Shown one piece after another: positions 62,805 through 64,000 of a DNA stretch of 64,000 bases (positions are counted from its first letter, which is position 1; every line of letters starts with the position of its first letter). This DNA comes from Malacoraja senta (taxonomy: Eukaryota). The stretch is taken from positions 62,001-126,000 of the forward strand of contig JAXLNO010000384.1 of NCBI GenBank assembly GCA_038087875.1, read 5' to 3'. The position numbers and the translations under genes are program-made. Below the pieces are notes generated by a model, which did no database searches, was not told the origin of the DNA, and saw only the letters and a program-made list of their open reading frames with translations.

Positions 62805-63325
62805 ACAGTGCTGGAGTAACTCAGCGGGTCAGGCAGCATCTGTGGAGAACATGGATTGGTCACATTTCACAGAGTGCTGGAGTAACTCAACGGGTCAGGC
62901 AGCATCTGTGGAGAACATGGATAGGTGACGTTTCACAGAGTGCTGGAGTAACTCAGCGGGTCAGGCAGCATCTGTGGGGAACATGGATAGGTGACGTTTC
63001 ACAGAGTAACGCTGGAGTAACTCAGCGGGTCAGGCAGCATCTGTGGAGAACATGGATAGGTGACGTTTCACAGAGTGCTGGAGTAACTCAGCGGGTCAGG
63101 TAGCATCTGTGGACAACATGGATAGGTGACGTTTCACAGAGTGCTGGAGTAACTCAGCGGGTCAGGTAGCATCTGTGGAGAACATGGATAGGTGACGTTT
63201 CACAGAGTAACGCTGGGAGTAACTCAGCGGGTCAGGCAGCATCTGTGGAGAACAGGATAGGTGACGTTTCGCAGAGTGCTGGAGTAACTCAGCGGGTCAG
63301 GCAGCATCTGTGGGGAACATGGATA
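62805..63325. repeat. 66-bp tandem repeat, about 8 copies
   Basis: cagagtgctggagtaactcagcgggtcaggcagcatctgtggagaacatggataggtgacgtttca. Confidence 0.95.
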
Positions 63326-63659
63326 TGGGAGATTTTGGGTTGGGAGCCTCAAACTGATTTCTGAGTGAGGTTCCATTTACTTCATGAAGGCAGTGGCAAG
63401 AATGAATTTGTCTCCTGGATAGCTGTCCAATTGTGTTTTAATTGGGGCACTTTATGAAGACTGGTTTTCAGTTGATGACATTGTTTTGATTAAGAAGACA
63501 GCGAGGAATTTAAAGTGGATCTACATTGTACTTGGTTGAGGAAAGTTAATGTGAACTAGTTGTTAACCTCTTGTGTGAAATGGTTAATGTTAACTACCCT
63601 AATCACAGCTTGTTTATTATGAGTGAAATGAAGGTGGCAACGCCTGCGGGATTGTGTGC

Positions 63660-64000
63660 AACAGAACAACAGAACAGAACCAATATTTACATTTTAAAAA
63701 GACACAACACAACAGTAAATGAGTCCCTGGTGAGATCAGAGTTTACAGTCCTGATGGCCTGTGGGAAGAAACTCTATCTCATCCTCTCTGTTTTCACAGC
63801 GTGACAGCGGAGGCGTTTGCCTGACCGTAGCAACTGGAACAGTCCGTTGCTGGGGTGATGGCGGTCCTTCATTATGTTGCTGCCTCTGGATCTGCCGCTC
63901 CTGGTGTATAGGTCCTGCAGGGGGTGAGTGTAGTTCCCTTGGTGAGTTCGGCCGAACGCACTACTCTCTGCAGAGCCTTGCTGTCCTGGGCAGAGCTATT
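63660..64000 (-). mobile_element. Second Rex1-type LINE 3' end
   Basis: LQDLYTR..IMKDRHHPSNGLFQLLRSGKRLR..SFFPQAIR. Confidence 0.8.

Noticed and set aside
62805..63325. CRISPR-like regular repeats, here and at 51512-52392
   Set aside because: No unique spacers, no cas genes, vertebrate context

Overview
Vertebrate genomic DNA, not prokaryotic. The repeat content (CR1/HER1-type LINEs, HE1-type V-SINEs, Penelope-like elements, Rex1/Babar, L2, L1, RTE-X) points to a cartilaginous fish, probably a skate or ray; this is an inference. The window is mostly nested transposon debris and tandem repeats. It contains two paralogous KRAB-less C2H2 zinc-finger loci in a rearranged segmental duplication (about 1.4-18.7 kb versus 27.2-37 kb) and one full-length CR1 (40.6-45.0 kb). 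Main observations: (1) a 125-bp TSD-flanked mini-retroelement whose 5' end is a minimal HDV-like ribozyme fold (49717-49841), next to a 94-bp TSD-flanked element carrying a Penelope-type hammerhead core; (2) an in-frame U_UUA_AAC slippery heptamer plus G-runs at the CR1 ORF1 stop, suggesting -1 frameshifting into ORF2; (3) several unrelated non-autonomous elements sharing the Rex1 3' hairpin architecture; (4) two TIR elements with 7-bp TSDs; (5) zinc-finger arrays that differ strongly between otherwise similar duplicates. Family names come from motif recognition by eye, and most boundaries are approximate unless a TSD is quoted.
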